Below are positions 51,791-64,000 of a DNA stretch of 64,000 bases, in pieces. This DNA comes from Callorhinchus milii (Eukaryota). Each line of letters starts with the position of its first letter. Positions within the stretch are counted from its first letter, which is position 1. The stretch covers positions 71,486,001-71,550,000 of the forward strand of contig NW_024704744.1 in assembly GCF_018977255.1 (NCBI RefSeq), in the 5' to 3' direction. Both the position numbers and the translations under genes were made by a program. The notes below the pieces were generated by a model. The model did no database searches. It saw nothing but the letters and a program-made list of their open reading frames with translations, and had not been told where the DNA came from.

Positions 51791-54700
51791 ATATCCTTTT
51801 TCGTATACTTAAAGAGCCACACAGTTCACACAAAGAGAAGCATTGCGTTCCTTTTGGTGGTGTATTGCAGTGCTCAGTCCTGCAGAGTGCTGAGCCACAC
51901 GCTCACATTGTCGAGACATCTCAAAGCGCTTCACAAGATTACCGTCACACACCCTGAACCTGTGCCCTCTTGTCCTCCATCCTTGATGTGTATTAGGTAT
52001 TTGGGTGTTTATGCTTTCGATCCCATTTACCATTTTATATAAGGTCTCATCTGGCACTTCTCTTTTCTGCTTTGTAATATTTGAAGGACAACCTTGCAAT
52101 TTTGTGAGGCAGCTTCAGACGAATATCAAGGGAATGCCTGAACTTCCTGCTTTTTTCTTAGTGTAGCCTTTGATATTAACATAACATGTAGGAGCAGCAG
52201 TAGGCCATTCGGCCCTTCGAGCCTGCCCCGCCATTCAATCATGGCTGATCTTCTGATCTAACTCCAGCTAATAACCTAACCCTGCCTTATCCCCATATCC
52301 CTTAATCCCTTTTGCAATAAGAAATCTATCTATCTCAGTCTTGAATATGTTTAAGGACTGAACGTCAACAGCCCTTTGGGGTAGTGAGTTCCATACATTC
52401 ACCACCCTTTGAGTGAAGAAGTTCTTCCTCAACTCAGTGCAAAAGGGCTGTCCTCTGATTTTAAGGTTGTGACCTCTGGTTTTAGTTTCTCCAACCAGGG
52501 GAAACAATCTCCCACTATCTACTCTATCATGCCCTTTGATGATCTTATAGGTCTCTATGAGATCCCCTCTAATTCTTCTATATTCTAGAGAATTGGTCAG
52601 CCTATCCTCGTAACTCATCCCCTTCATCCCTGGTACTAACCTAGTAAATCTATGCTGCACCCCCTCCAAGGCAAGTACATCCTTCCTTAAATAAGGAGAC
52701 CAAAACTGCACACAGTATTCCAGGTGTGGTCTCACCAGGGCCCTATACAGTTGCAGCAAGACTTCCCTACTCTTATACTCTAATCCTTTCATAATGAATG
52801 CTAACATACCGTTCGCCTTCCTAATTGCTGCTGCACCTGCAGACTAACTTTCTGTGATTGGTGTACAAGGACACCCAAGTCCCTCTGGACACTAACACAT
52901 TCCAATCTCTCCCCTTCTAAAAAATAACCCGCTCTACTGTTTTTGCTACCTAGGTGGATGACTTTGCACTTCCCTACATTATACTTCATCTGCCACCTAC
53001 CTGCCCAATCACCTAACCTATCTATGTCTCGCTGCATTTTTTAATGTCATCCTCTGTGTTGACACTTCCTCCTAGTTTTGTGTCATCCGCAAATTTAGAT
53101 ATATTAACTTCGATGTCCTCATCTAGATCGTTGATGTAGATGGTAAATAGCTGAGGCCCAAGGACTGATCCTTGTGGCACTCCACTAGTCACATCCCGCC
53201 AATCTGAAAAGGACCCGTTTATCCCTACTCTTTGTTTCCTACCCGTTAACCATTCCCCAATCCACGTTAATATGCTCCCCCCAATTCCATGGGCCCTTAT
53301 CTTTTGGACTAACCTTTTATGCGGCACCTTATCGAATGCCTTCTGGAAGTCCAAATAGACCACATCCACTGATTCACCCTTATCTAGTTTACTGGAAATA
53401 TCCTCAAAAAACTCATCAAACATGACTACCCTTTTGTAAAGCCATGTTGACTTGGCCTAATTATATTGTGCTCCCCTAAATACCGCATCCTTAATCAATG
53501 ATTCTAAAATGTTTCCTATCACTGATGTGAGACTAACTGACCTATAGTTCCCCATCTTTTCCTTTCCACCTTTTTTAAATAGTGCTGTGACATTTGCGAT
53601 CTTCCAATCCATGGGGACTGTTCCAGAATCCAAGGAATTTTGGAAGATCAGACATAAGGCCTCCACTATCTCATAAGCTACCTCTTTTAAAACCCTGGGA
53701 TGCAAGCCATCCGGACCAGGGGATTTGTCACTTTTTAGTGCTAACAGTTTCCCTAGCACCAATTCTCTACTAATGAAAATTTCCCTAAGTTGCTCCCTGT
53801 CCTTATCCCCTTGGTGCATCTCTATTGTTGGCAGACTTGTTGTGTCTTCTAGGGTGAAGACAGATGCAAAGTACCCATTTAGGGACTCTGCCATGTCCTT
53901 ATCCCCCATTACAACTTCTCCCGTCTCTGACTGAAGTGGACCTACATTTACCCTCACTAGCCTATTCCTCTTAATATATTTGTAAAAACTTTTACAATCA
54001 GACTTAATGTTCCTAGCTAGCTTACCCTCATACTCCTTTTTCTCGCTCTTAATGAGTTTTTTAGTTTTATTTTGCTGGTTTCTAAAACTCTCCCAATCTT
54101 CAGATTTGCTGCTTTTCTTGGCAGTTTTATAAGCCTTTTCTTTTAATTTGATGCTTTCCCTCACTGCTCTAGTTAGCCACGGATGAATTGCTTTCCCTGT
54201 GGTACTCTTATTCCGCAAGGGAATATGTGACCGCTGAGAATTTTGCACTACATCCTTAAATATTTGCCACTGTTGGTCTACATTTTTACCTCTTAATCTT
54301 ATTCTCCAGTCTATTTTACCTAAATCTTTCCTCATACCTACAAAATTAGCCCTATTTAAATTCAGAACACTTGCCTCGGATTTAACTATATCCCTTTCTA
54401 ACTTAATGCAGAATTCAATCGTATTGTGATCACTGTGCCCTAGAGGATTCTTAATACCTACACTGCCAACTAGCCCTGTTTCGTTACACAAAACAAGGTC
54501 TAGGATGGCCTGTCCCCTAGTTGGTTCCTCGGCATGCTGCTCTAGAAAGTTATCTCTCATACACTCAATGAACTCTTCTTCTGACCTACTTTTGCTGATT
54601 TGGTTTTCCCAATCTGTGGAGATTGAAATCACCCACTATTATCGCTTTACCTTTCCTACATGCTCCACTGATTTCTCGATTGATACCGTGTGCTATATTG

Positions 54701-55313
54701 TGATCACTATTTGGGGGTCTATAAACCACTCCCATTAATATTTTCTGCCCTTTTTTTTATTTCCACCCATATTGTCTCGACCACCTGGTCATCAGATTTC
54801 AGATCCTTCCTCTCCACTGCTTTTATTTCATCCCTAATTAACAGGGCTACTCCCACCTCTTTTCCCACAGTGCCTATCTTTCCTGTAAACTGAGAACCCT
54901 GGAATATTTAACTCCCATCCTAGATCTTCTTGTAACCATATTTCAGTGATGGCTACTAGATCGTACCCATATGTGTCCATCTGTGCTTTTAATTCATCAG
55001 TTTTATTCCGAATGCTTCGCGCATTCAGATATAACATTTTTAATTTCCTACCATTTCCTCTACTCTCTGATTCCTTATCTACTTTGCCAAGCTTCTTACC
55101 CCTAGTTAACATATTCCTATTGGAATATTAGGAACATATGATTTCTTTCTTGCCCACTCCCCTCCCCCCTGAAATTATATCTGGGATTGAACAGAGTTTC
55201 TGTTTAACATTCGTGACTTTCAGTGTTCTGAGCGTTATTAGTATTGTTAATTCACCCAAATGCTGTGCCTGTAATACTTGAATAACGTCTCTTGTTTCCT
55301 TAACCATTCTCAC
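51791..55313 (+). other. U12-type (minor spliceosome) AT-AC intron
   Basis: 5' site ATATCCTTTT at 51791; branch site TTCCTTAAC at 55296-55304; ends CAC at 55313. Splicing restores GA|A TTT GAC (EFD). Confidence 0.93.
52178..55115 (-). mobile_element. CR1-clade LINE, nearly complete ORF2 (APE endonuclease plus RT), frameshifted, ORF1 absent
   Basis: ORF pieces: YLNARSIRNK...VAITEIW (endonuclease); KSPGPDGLHPRVLKE; [33 protein letters not shown] (RT); VRPHLEYCVQFWSP; then 3' UTR with a short tandem tail. Confidence 0.95.
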
Positions 55314-55410
55314 ATTTGACTCAGTTCAAAGTGCCCAGAAGGCGAAGGCTTCTCTGAACGGTGCAGATATTTATTCTGGTTGCTGCACACTAAAAATTGA
55401 ATATGCTAAG
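55314..55410 (+). CDS. hnRNP L-family exon 5 (FDSVQSAQKAKASLNGADIYSGCCTLKIEYAK)
   Basis: 97 nt, AC acceptor, AAG|gtaagt donor. Confidence 0.95.
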
Positions 55411-55506
55411 GTAAGTGTGTTAACCTGCTCCAGGGACCTTTGTCATTGCCAATTTAAGCAATTTCACACTTCTAAATGAGCTTTTGTTTTTCAATCCCAC
55501 AACCAG

Positions 55507-55579
55507 CCTACTCGACTGAATGTCTTCAAGAATAATAGCGAATCGTGGGACTACACTAATCCTAACTTAACCAGAGGAG
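55507..55579 (+). CDS. hnRNP L-family exon 6 (PTRLNVFKNNSESWDYTNPNLTRG)
   Basis: 73 nt, ccag| acceptor, G|gtacag donor. Confidence 0.93.
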
Positions 55580-56384
55580 GTACAGTACACCCTTCCTATT
55601 TGTGGTTGCTCTCTCTTCCCCCCACCCCCGCCCCCCCACCACATACTTATGTGCAGATGAAGAATCCTGTGTCCCATGTTAGACCCCCAGCAACAATCTC
55701 TTTCTGTTTTAACAGTCTGGGGCAGGATAAGCAGCAGATAATGTATTGATGCAGTAATGAAATGGAAATCTGTCCAGATCTGACACTTGATAGGATGCCT
55801 CTCAAAAGTTGCAATAGTCTGTACTGTGTGAATAGACGCTTTCATTTGTGTTGTGTGCACATGAGGCAACTTTTTTTTAAACCGTGCTATTTTATCTTTT
55901 ATACAATCAGCAACTACTTGGCATTCATTATCTAGCTTTGCTTTGTGACAAATGTAATTAAGCAATCTCTGCAACAAATTGTCAACATGAGGGTAGCAGG
56001 TTGAATCTGCTGGGTGATGATAACGATGCTGTGGTTGGGGGATGTGTGTCACTGATCTAGATAGAACATTAGCCAATGGTCTTTTTCTTTCTCTGTGCAA
56101 CTCCCTTCTGCCCGTGATTCTGAGGCCTCCTGCTGGGAACTGCACCTGTGGTTATATTGGGTGACCATAAGATCAGACTCCTTTGTGATTGCCCATCAAA
56201 AGTACTGTTCTTGATGCACAGTACTTTTCTGAACTATTGTAACCAGTGATAAATTCCTTGATGGCTTTTATATTTGTACAGCCATTTGCTGGTAGTCTAA
56301 CATCTGTTCCAAAGAGAACGTTTTGAAGGTTTTAAACTGCATACGTTGAGCTGTGGTGTACTCTGCTGGATGTTGACTAGCAAC

Positions 56385-56830
56385 ACTGTACAAGCACTGT
56401 AGTTGCAGCTCACCTACATCAACTACATGCAAACCAGGCTCCTGCACAGAAAGTTGCAGCTTTCAAAGCAACACTCAGTACTGCAGAACATTCTCACTGT
56501 TAGATGGAAAACAAAGAACCAAGACTTCAATTACAGAAATATTTTCAAAATCTTCAAAAAGCTGCAGACGCACATTATCTTCAGTGTGGAAAGACTATTG
56601 ATTTGTTTGCCCCCCACACTACTGGAGCACGGCATTGATTGGCAAGGACAGGCATACCAGCAAGAGGGAGCACCACAGAGAAGAGGGAAGCCAGGCAAAC
56701 TAACCACTTCATGCACCAGCGCCAACGATTGCCTGCATAAACCAGTAACAACTGACAACAGCGCAGCCTTCCGACTCTTACTCAGCTCACCCAGACTGCA
56801 CGCAAACACATCCTCAGGAAACTGATCAGG
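56385..56830 (+). promoter_or_regulatory. CA-rich intronic cluster (candidate hnRNP L-binding splicing enhancer)
   Basis: Island of CA/ACA/CAC-rich sequence on the sense strand within an otherwise T-rich intron 6, upstream of a candidate poison exon. Confidence 0.5.
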
Positions 56831-57182
56831 AAGGACACTTTTCATTCATCGGTGCAAGGCGAATATGTTGCAAGTCGCAATTTAAGACTGTAAAATGAAA
56901 CTCTATTTGAAATGTTTTGTAAAATTAAATGAGATTATTCTAAACCTAAAATGCAGCCACTGGGTGCAAGAGTCCACTTATGATGACTGCTGCAAACCAA
57001 TTCCCTTGTGGAGATTTGTACAACTGTGTTCTTAAGCCTGCAGTTAAAATTGTTTTTGGACAAACCAGACAACTGGTGAGGTGCATGGTCGATGGATTGA
57101 ATGCTTTTTGAGATCCACCGGTAACGGTTGTGTTTTTTTGTTGGCTTTTCTACGAAAGTTGCTCTTGCAATAGCTGAATTTG

Positions 57183-57452
57183 GCAGGGCGAAGCCTTAAG
57201 CAAGTTTCCTTACTCCACACATCTATTACCTGGCAGTAAGTAAGCACTCAGTTGTTAGTCGATTGGCAGATTGCTTTTCCGGGGGTAATAATCCTTCAAA
57301 AAAAATAATTTGGTCACTCAATCCACGACTGTGGCTGCTGCGTTTCACCCACAAAATATACAGTCAATTCACCTTACTGTATATTCTGTGAAGTGCTTTG
57401 AGATGTCTCAACGATGTGATAAGGCGCTATATCAAATGCAAGTATTATAATA
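57183..57452 (+). mobile_element. SINE (head truncated)
   Basis: gcaagtttccttactccacac...gcgctatatcaaatgcaag. Confidence 0.85.
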
Positions 57453-59224
57453 TAGTGAATCCTTGGTCAGTCCCATATTTTAAACAGTGAAATATACTCC
57501 CTGTGCACTTAACAATATGCATGACTTAAGGTCTAAATACTGTAATATCAGAAGTTTTGCAGCAGTTCTCGTAATGTGCTTTTGTTACTGAGATTTAAAT
57601 TTACAAAAACCTTGTTTTTTAAACAAGACACGACCTAGAAATTGTACAATGTAAATGTATTTGTTTTAATAAGTTTATTTTAAAAAAGAAATCCAGAAAT
57701 TGCTTAAGCTGATCAGATCAGTACAATGAAATTTGTTATGTGAATGTTATTCAGAAAACAAAATAACTTGAGGACAATTGGGTGATCTGCTATTACTAGA
57801 TTGATGGGAGCTCCTGTGGATCTTGTTGGATATCACCATGGACTGCTGAGTTCACCCGCAAAATAGTCTTGCCACTTTGTCTGTCCTGCAAAGGAATTTG
57901 AAGTGATCAGGTGCGATAACAAATGGGAGGATTATTATATTATAAATGCATCAATGGTCTGGTCCTCAGCCATACAGAGTAAAATGGTGTGACTCCCTGA
58001 GTTAGCTGAAATAGTGGGCAGGGGAGAGAGAGAGAAGTTGCCATTTGTCCGTTGGACCTAAGGCGAGAATCTGGTAAGAGTTCTGCTCCTTGTATGTTAA
58101 ATGTTGCTACCCACGGCCAGTCACGGATGATCGACTCTGATCTCCTTGACCTTTGGCACTTTCTCAAGCTATGAGGAGGGTTGGGTGTACCAAGAGCAGC
58201 ATTACCCTGATCCAGTGAGGGACACTAGGACTATGAACAGGCAAGGGTGTAAGGCAAGAAGTGGATAACTAATATTGGTCTGGACAGGGGAGAGTAATGT
58301 GTGCTCTTGAGATTGACCTATGTTACTGACTTCTTAACCTTTACTTTGGAGGATGTAATAATTGAGTCGGTATTTCATAAATTCATGGACAGTGGGGATG
58401 GAAAAAGTAGTGTTTTCAGTATTTGGTACAAAATAATGATGGGGTGGGAGAAACAATGTGCTTCAACAACTTTTCTCCCTTCCCTACCCTCACGCAAATG
58501 CATTCTTTCTATCAGAAAAGATTCAAATTGAAACTAACTCAGAATTAGCCCAGTGCATATTTTTTCTCAGCTTCAGAAAAACAATTTAGATGGATTTGAT
58601 GTGTCCATTTTTAAAAACTGCGGTGGAGGGTGGACTGGTTAGAGAGGGAGGATAATTGATATACTTTTAATCTGTTTACTTTAGCTATGAACTGAAGGCA
58701 GTGTAATTATTTAAGTACCAATGTCCTCTGCATCGCTCCCATCCCACTACGTTCCCAATCTTAAACCACTTTATTGTGAGAAATTGTCTCATAAATGTGC
58801 ATTTCGTCTGTTGTCCAGAGTAATCCCCCATGTCTTGATAATTTGAAGATCTAAACTTCTCTTATTACCCTTAACAATTTCTGGATTTCAAGAAAAGCTA
58901 TGTTGTTTGATGCCCCCCCATAGCATTGATTGACCAATTCCATGTCTAAAAGGTGCTTTTGACATTAGATCTGAAAGATGACCGTTCTGTGCAATTTTTT
59001 TGCTACAGTTCTGAATGTTTGAACTATTCAGATTTTTATGTCGTTTTTATGTAACCAGTAGATTTTTTTTTAGTTTTGGTGAAGTTTAATCCTAACTTAT
59101 TGGAGTGTTTGGACTTGGTCAACCAACAATGTTCATGAGTGACCATCAATTAAAATGTTACATTTATAACTCTGTATGTTCATTTTCAAATCCTGTATTC
59201 ATTGATTGTAAAACTGTAATGCAG

Positions 59225-59314
59225 GGGCGAAGTATCTCGCTTTTGCTGAATCCTCCTGCAAGTTGTTAAGAAGGCCTCTTTGACACTGCTCTATGTTGCT
59301 GTTTGAAGCTTATG
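59225..59314 (+). other. Candidate poison (NMD) cassette exon 6A
   Basis: tgcag|GGGCGAAGTATC...TGTTTGAAGCTTATG|gtacaa; in-frame TGA at 59281-59283 when joined to exon 6; ends resemble the recalled human HNRNPL exon 6A. Confidence 0.62.
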
Positions 59315-59545
59315 GTACAAAACACCAGGTACTGTTTTTCAAAATTGTACTTTTTGCTCAACTGTTGACCAAATGTGCAATGCTGTATGATGTGTTGATG
59401 TATACGTGTAGCTTGTGTGGGGTTGGTGGGTTAAAGTAGTGGAGTAGAGAAAAATGGCTGCTGAATTTAAACATTTGTATAATTTTTACATAATGGAGGT
59501 GCACTATTTAAATTTCTCCTTTTCCCCTTCCCCCTCTGATTTCAG

Positions 59546-59617
59546 ATGAAGGGAGAATTTTCAGGCAGCCGGCACTTTTGGGAGATCATCCGTCAATATA
59601 CAGCGGTAACGGATATG
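59546..59617 (+). CDS. hnRNP L-family exon 7 (DEGRIFRQPALLGDHPSIYSGNGY)
   Basis: Polypyrimidine tract plus ttcag|, G|gtaagt donor, 72 nt; RQPxLLGDHP motif. Confidence 0.92.
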
Positions 59618-60398
59618 GTAAGTGTTCTTATAGCTAGATATGGAACTGCTTGTTCCAACTCTTGTTTTACTTCCAGTTCTTCTGACTGGCTCATGACTAA
59701 ACCATAACCTGTAAACATTGTGATCAGGAATGCTAAATATTAATAGCAAAATAAGTCTGGCTACTTCTGGAAAGTGATTCCAATCAATAGCTGTCGAGGC
59801 AACTCTCAAACTCTTGCATAGCTACTTGATCAACAGATAATGGGAATACAAGTGTTTTTGTCTTTTTTAAAAAAACAATGTATTGTGCTTTTTAAAGTAC
59901 AGACAACAATATTTTAGTTTGAGTTTTGGAATGAAGTGATCAGTATTTTTGGAATGAGATTCCTCTGGCTATTTTGGTGCCTTTGGAACTGTTTCCGGGA
60001 AATATTACTACTTTCAGTTTGGGAGAGAAATTTGGGAAAAGACTAAATATTCCATTATCAGCAACCCAGACAACCAAGGATAATATATAGAAATCTTGTT
60101 GCATTTTCATCCACATGTGTGGATGGCTGCAAGTCTCATGACCCTGGGAATTCTCCAAAGTTTTGGCATCACTGATCCATCATTATACTTTTTGCACGGA
60201 ACAACTCAGCTCATCCTATGTACCTTGTTTCTAAATTACCAGTGTTTTAATCCTCTTCTTGATTGATTTTTGCATTGCCTGATGCATTGCCCTGATGCAA
60301 CTGATCCATGATTTTTCCAGGTTGCTTAAATTTGTATGTGTGTGTGCGTGTTGCGTATGTTTGGATGTAAAAGGTAATAGAACAATGTCTTTGAACAG

Positions 60399-60634
60399 GC
60401 TATCCACACTCAGCGGGTAGCAGTCGGTCATTAGAACGCAGAATGGCACCTCGCCCATCCAATAGCAAGTCCTCAGTCATGCATCATTACCCTCCATCAC
60501 CACCACACATGGCATCGCAGCAGCATGGGTCTATGCGCTCCAGCAAAGTTCTAATGGTTTACGGACTTGTTCCGAACAAAATCAATTGTGACAAAATCTT
60601 CAACCTTCTCTGCTTGTATGGCAACGTTGAAAAG
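60399..60634 (+). CDS. hnRNP L-family exon 8 (linker plus RRM3 start, VLMVYGL...CLYGNVEK)
   Basis: aacag| acceptor, AAG|gtacgg donor, 236 nt. Confidence 0.9.
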
Positions 60635-60748
60635 GTACGGTTGGTATTTTCGGCGCAAATTGTGTTGGAGACATAGTGCAAACATCTCACAGTGATGTGT
60701 CGCATTAACCACTGCGAAATTTGTCTTTTTGGTTTACTACAATTAATT

Positions 60749-61104
60749 ATAATAATTGTTGCATTTGATATAGCGCCTTATCGCATCTTTGAGATGTCTC
60801 AAAGCGCTTCGCAGAGTATACTGTAAAGTGAATTGACTGTATATTTTGTTGGCAAAATGCGGCAGCCAATTGCGCATAGCAGTGTCCCACAAACAACCGT
60901 GGATTGAAGTGACTAATTTATTATTATTTAAGGAATTATTACCCTCGGAAAAGCGATCTGCCAATCGACTAACAACCGGGTTCCTACTTACTGCTAGGTA
61001 AACAGAGGCCTGTGGAGTAAGGAAACTTGCCCAACATCTCACCCTTGTGGGAATCGAACCCGGTTCTCTCACTGGCAAGGCGAGCGCTCTAACCATTGAG
61101 CTAC
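60749..61104 (-). mobile_element. Full-length tRNA/Deu SINE (long variant)
   Basis: Head, core and tail all present. Confidence 0.9.
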
Positions 61105-61467
61105 CTGTCGGACGAGTATATTGTGTGCGTTTTTTTAAATCTGAAATTGACCGGGTTCGACGGAGCAGTCACTGTTCCTTAATTTGAGAAATGTAGGAGG
61201 TGTCACCTTTCTAATCTAGTGTATTGTTCAGTAAGTGTTCTACCTTTTTGTTTAAATAACAAGAAAATAAAAACCTTACTAGTACAGTAGAGCCAGTCAT
61301 CTGAATTAATCATCTGAAAAGAACCTGGAAAAAGGGGAGGAAAGTGAAGTTGATGAACTGTTCAGAGCTGCCTGTTGAATTTATTATTATGTAGCTCTTC
61401 AGGATACCATTTTTTACCCTACATTGACCTTTGAGTCTCTCTGTTCATTGTAACCGGTTTACTTTAG

Positions 61468-61589
61468 GTCAAGTTCATGAAGAGCATGCCAGATGCTGCG
61501 ATGGTTGAAATGGGTGATGAATTTTCTGTGGAGCGGGCTATCACCCACCTCAATAATGTCCATATGTTTGGAAAGCCGCTCAGCTTGTG
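61468..61589 (+). CDS. hnRNP L-family exon 9 (VKFMKSMPDAAMVEMGDEFSVERAITHLNN...)
   Basis: 122 nt, canonical AG/GT. Confidence 0.94.
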
Positions 61590-61680
61590 GTAGGTGGCCA
61601 AGATTTCCACGTACGCTTAAAAAAAAGTTAACTACTTATGCTGTGGACATTTATAATTAAGGGTGTGTTCTTGTGTTTAG

Positions 61681-61882
61681 TGTCTCCAAACAGCACACAA
61701 TTATGCCGAGTCAGTCTTATGAACTGCAAGATGGCACCAATAGTTACAAGGACTTCACTGACTCCAGGAACAATCGCTTCTGCAACCCTGGACAGGCTTC
61801 CAAAAACAGGATCCAACCTCCTTCCAGCGTACTCCATTTCTTCAATGCTCCAATTGGAGTAACAGAGGAAACATTTCAACAG
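61681..61882 (+). CDS. hnRNP L-family exon 10 (VSKQHTIMPSQSYELQDG...TEETFQQ)
   Basis: 202 nt, canonical AG/GT. Confidence 0.95.
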
Positions 61883-62606
61883 GTAAGCTGTCTGAAAGCT
61901 AAAGTGGGCTGTAACCAATAGGTTAAAATTCCCAAGTAAATAATTGTGGGTGTTTCATACATCTTTTTCTTTTAAAAAAACGTTTCATGCCAAAACTTGG
62001 TCTATTCACTGTAAGGTCTATTTATGCTGGTTTTCTTTGTTAGTGTGAAAATCTCAATGTTACATGGCAAACAACACTTAGGCATGCGTACTGGAGCCTG
62101 TCTGACTGATCTACTTGGTTTTGGTATCCGCACCAGTTTAGTATAAATGTAGGCATTTTTGTACATTAACACCTTGGGATTCCCCAGCGCCTTGGAGTGT
62201 ACTCCCCACGTGAAAGGTGCCATACAAAGTTGTTTGGGAAACCTTGCTGGCAAAAAGTGGGTGTTGTGTTTGCCCTGCACTTGCCTGAATACCTGTGAAA
62301 CACTTTGAGACATTTCAATGTGATGAAATGCTTTCGTTAAAAAACAAAAGTATTCTTCACATCCTGTGAATTCAACTCGTCGCTGCGAATGAGATTTGTG
62401 GGTGACTGAAATAAATCCTGTTTCTTGCTCCAACACTATTGCTTAAAGGACACTCACTATTTGATACATTTTCATTATGGAGAGCCTAGGATCTGTCTAT
62501 TAGAATATTGCTTTTTTTATTCACTAAGAAGATCGTTTAATTGCTGTATGATTTTTTTGTATCTCTGTCCAGTTAAAGTGTAACATGTCTTTTGCCTTTC
62601 TCCTAG

Positions 62607-62664
62607 ATGTGTGAGGATTCCGATCTGAAGTCTTTTCTGACATACAAAACATTTTCTGGAAAAT
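62607..62664 (+). CDS. hnRNP L-family exon 11 (MCEDSDLKSFLTYKTFSGK)
   Basis: 58 nt, tcctag| acceptor, T|gtaagt donor. Confidence 0.88.
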
Positions 62665-63471
62665 GTAAGTAATGCGATGACGGTGAACAAACTGATTCAA
62701 AAGTGCTTTCAAAATCTTTAAGTTGTGATGAAACTAAGTTGTTAACTTGCTTATCTACTATGGTTAAAAGAAAAAAAAGGGAAAATATCATTTATGCCAG
62801 CTGTCTGACTTGTGGAAACCCATTATAATGCTTGAGAATATCCAACCCAGACAGTTCCACATATGTATACAACTTGCACATTGTGTGCTTATTTAAGATC
62901 TGTTATCATTCAATCAATGGCAAGTAGAAGTTAAAAGAAGTTTTTGTTGGGATATTGTAGTAGAAATTAAAATATCAAACTTGCCGATTCATTTATAAGT
63001 CATAGTAAATGGCACTTTGAAGTCGCTGGATCCTGCAAATTCTGAGATTGTGTGGTCACAGTCTATGGGACATGAAGGGTGTAGCTAGAACTTTAGGAGT
63101 GTAGAGTATGGAAGTATAGCCCAGCACTCAATGATCTGTAATGCTTCTGGTTCACTTGAATACATCAAACAGAATTTTCATTTGTTTTAGAGATTATTAA
63201 ATTTCCTTTGATCTGATTTTTGAATAGGTAGAAAACTGGACTCCAGATGGAGAAATAAACACTTTGTGGGCTAAGATTATCAGTTTGGATTGAAGTTTCT
63301 CTAAGACTGCTGTATAAAACCAATATAATATGATCGGTTTGAAATGAAATGCAGGTGATTCAGTGCTGAAATGATTGAGTTGACACCTGATTGAGCTTCT
63401 CTCAGAGAATATTTTTCCTTTTCCTGAGCGTGTAGATGATCTAATTTTTTAATGTTCTGTTCCCTTTTTAG

Positions 63472-63567
63472 CTGACCGGAGTTTATCGGGCTTGTTGGAA
63501 TGGCAGTCGAAAGATGAAGCTGTGGAGGCGCTGGCCATGCTGAATCACTACCAGATAAAAAATCCAA
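63472..63567 (+). CDS. hnRNP L-family exon 12 (SDRSLSGLLEWQSKDEAVEALAMLNHYQIKNP); last exon lies beyond the window
   Basis: 96 nt, canonical AG/GT, RRM4. Confidence 0.93.
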
Positions 63568-64000
63568 GTAAGTGATAAAAATTACAGCTGGAATTCCTGA
63601 AGCAGACTGGAAAATATGGCTCAATAAATTTTTATTTCCATTAAATTGTTATCCACAGCCAGTCACATATTTCATAAAGCTACACTTGGGATGGGATTTG
63701 TATTCTTGATGAAGATCAAGATGTCTTGTTTTCAAACTGAAATGATCTGAAGTCGCCAAGAGGAATGGTTTTAACTCAGCACAACCTCCATCATTACGGT
63801 CGAGCATGTGTGATTGATGATGTTACTCTTTGCAGATTTATCATCGTGGTCACTTAGTAGTACTGTGGCCTCTGGATCAAAGTGATGGGCAAAAGGCTAG
63901 GCCGATAGTCTAGGCTAACATTCCAGGGCAGTGCTATGGCAGCACTGGATTGAGTCTTCACATGAAATGTTAAATTGAGGCCCCATCTGCCTTTTTTCAG

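Noticed and set aside
55567-56145. 192-aa minus-strand ORF
   Set aside because: No recognisable domain; antisense to an intron; includes a poly-G tract.
56403-56825. 140-aa plus-strand ORF
   Set aside because: A by-product of T-poor, CA-rich composition; no recognisable homology.

Overview
AT-rich vertebrate genomic DNA. The repeat content (tRNA-derived Deu-domain SINEs, L2 and CR1 LINEs) suggests a cartilaginous fish; this is an inference. Three intron-containing genes are present. (1) The 3' end of ARHGEF33 lies on the + strand (last three coding exons, 2370-6897). (2) The 3' half of SOS1 lies on the - strand (11 exons equivalent to human exons 13-23, 29829-12544, with a ~4 kb 3' UTR), tail-to-tail with ARHGEF33. 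(3) An hnRNP L-family gene lies on the + strand (11 coding exons, 46298-63567, no first or last exon). It has a U12-type AT-AC intron holding a ~3 kb CR1 LINE, and a candidate CA-cluster/poison-exon autoregulatory module in intron 6. The main anomaly is that SOS1 and the hnRNP L-family gene sit back-to-back and both lack their 5' exons. Strand-composition skew appears, by eye, to flip at about 30.1-30.7 kb, where a perfect 26-bp inverted repeat lies. This points to an inversion breakpoint, misassembly or chimeric join. Comparisons to human proteins and gene order are from memory, not database searches.
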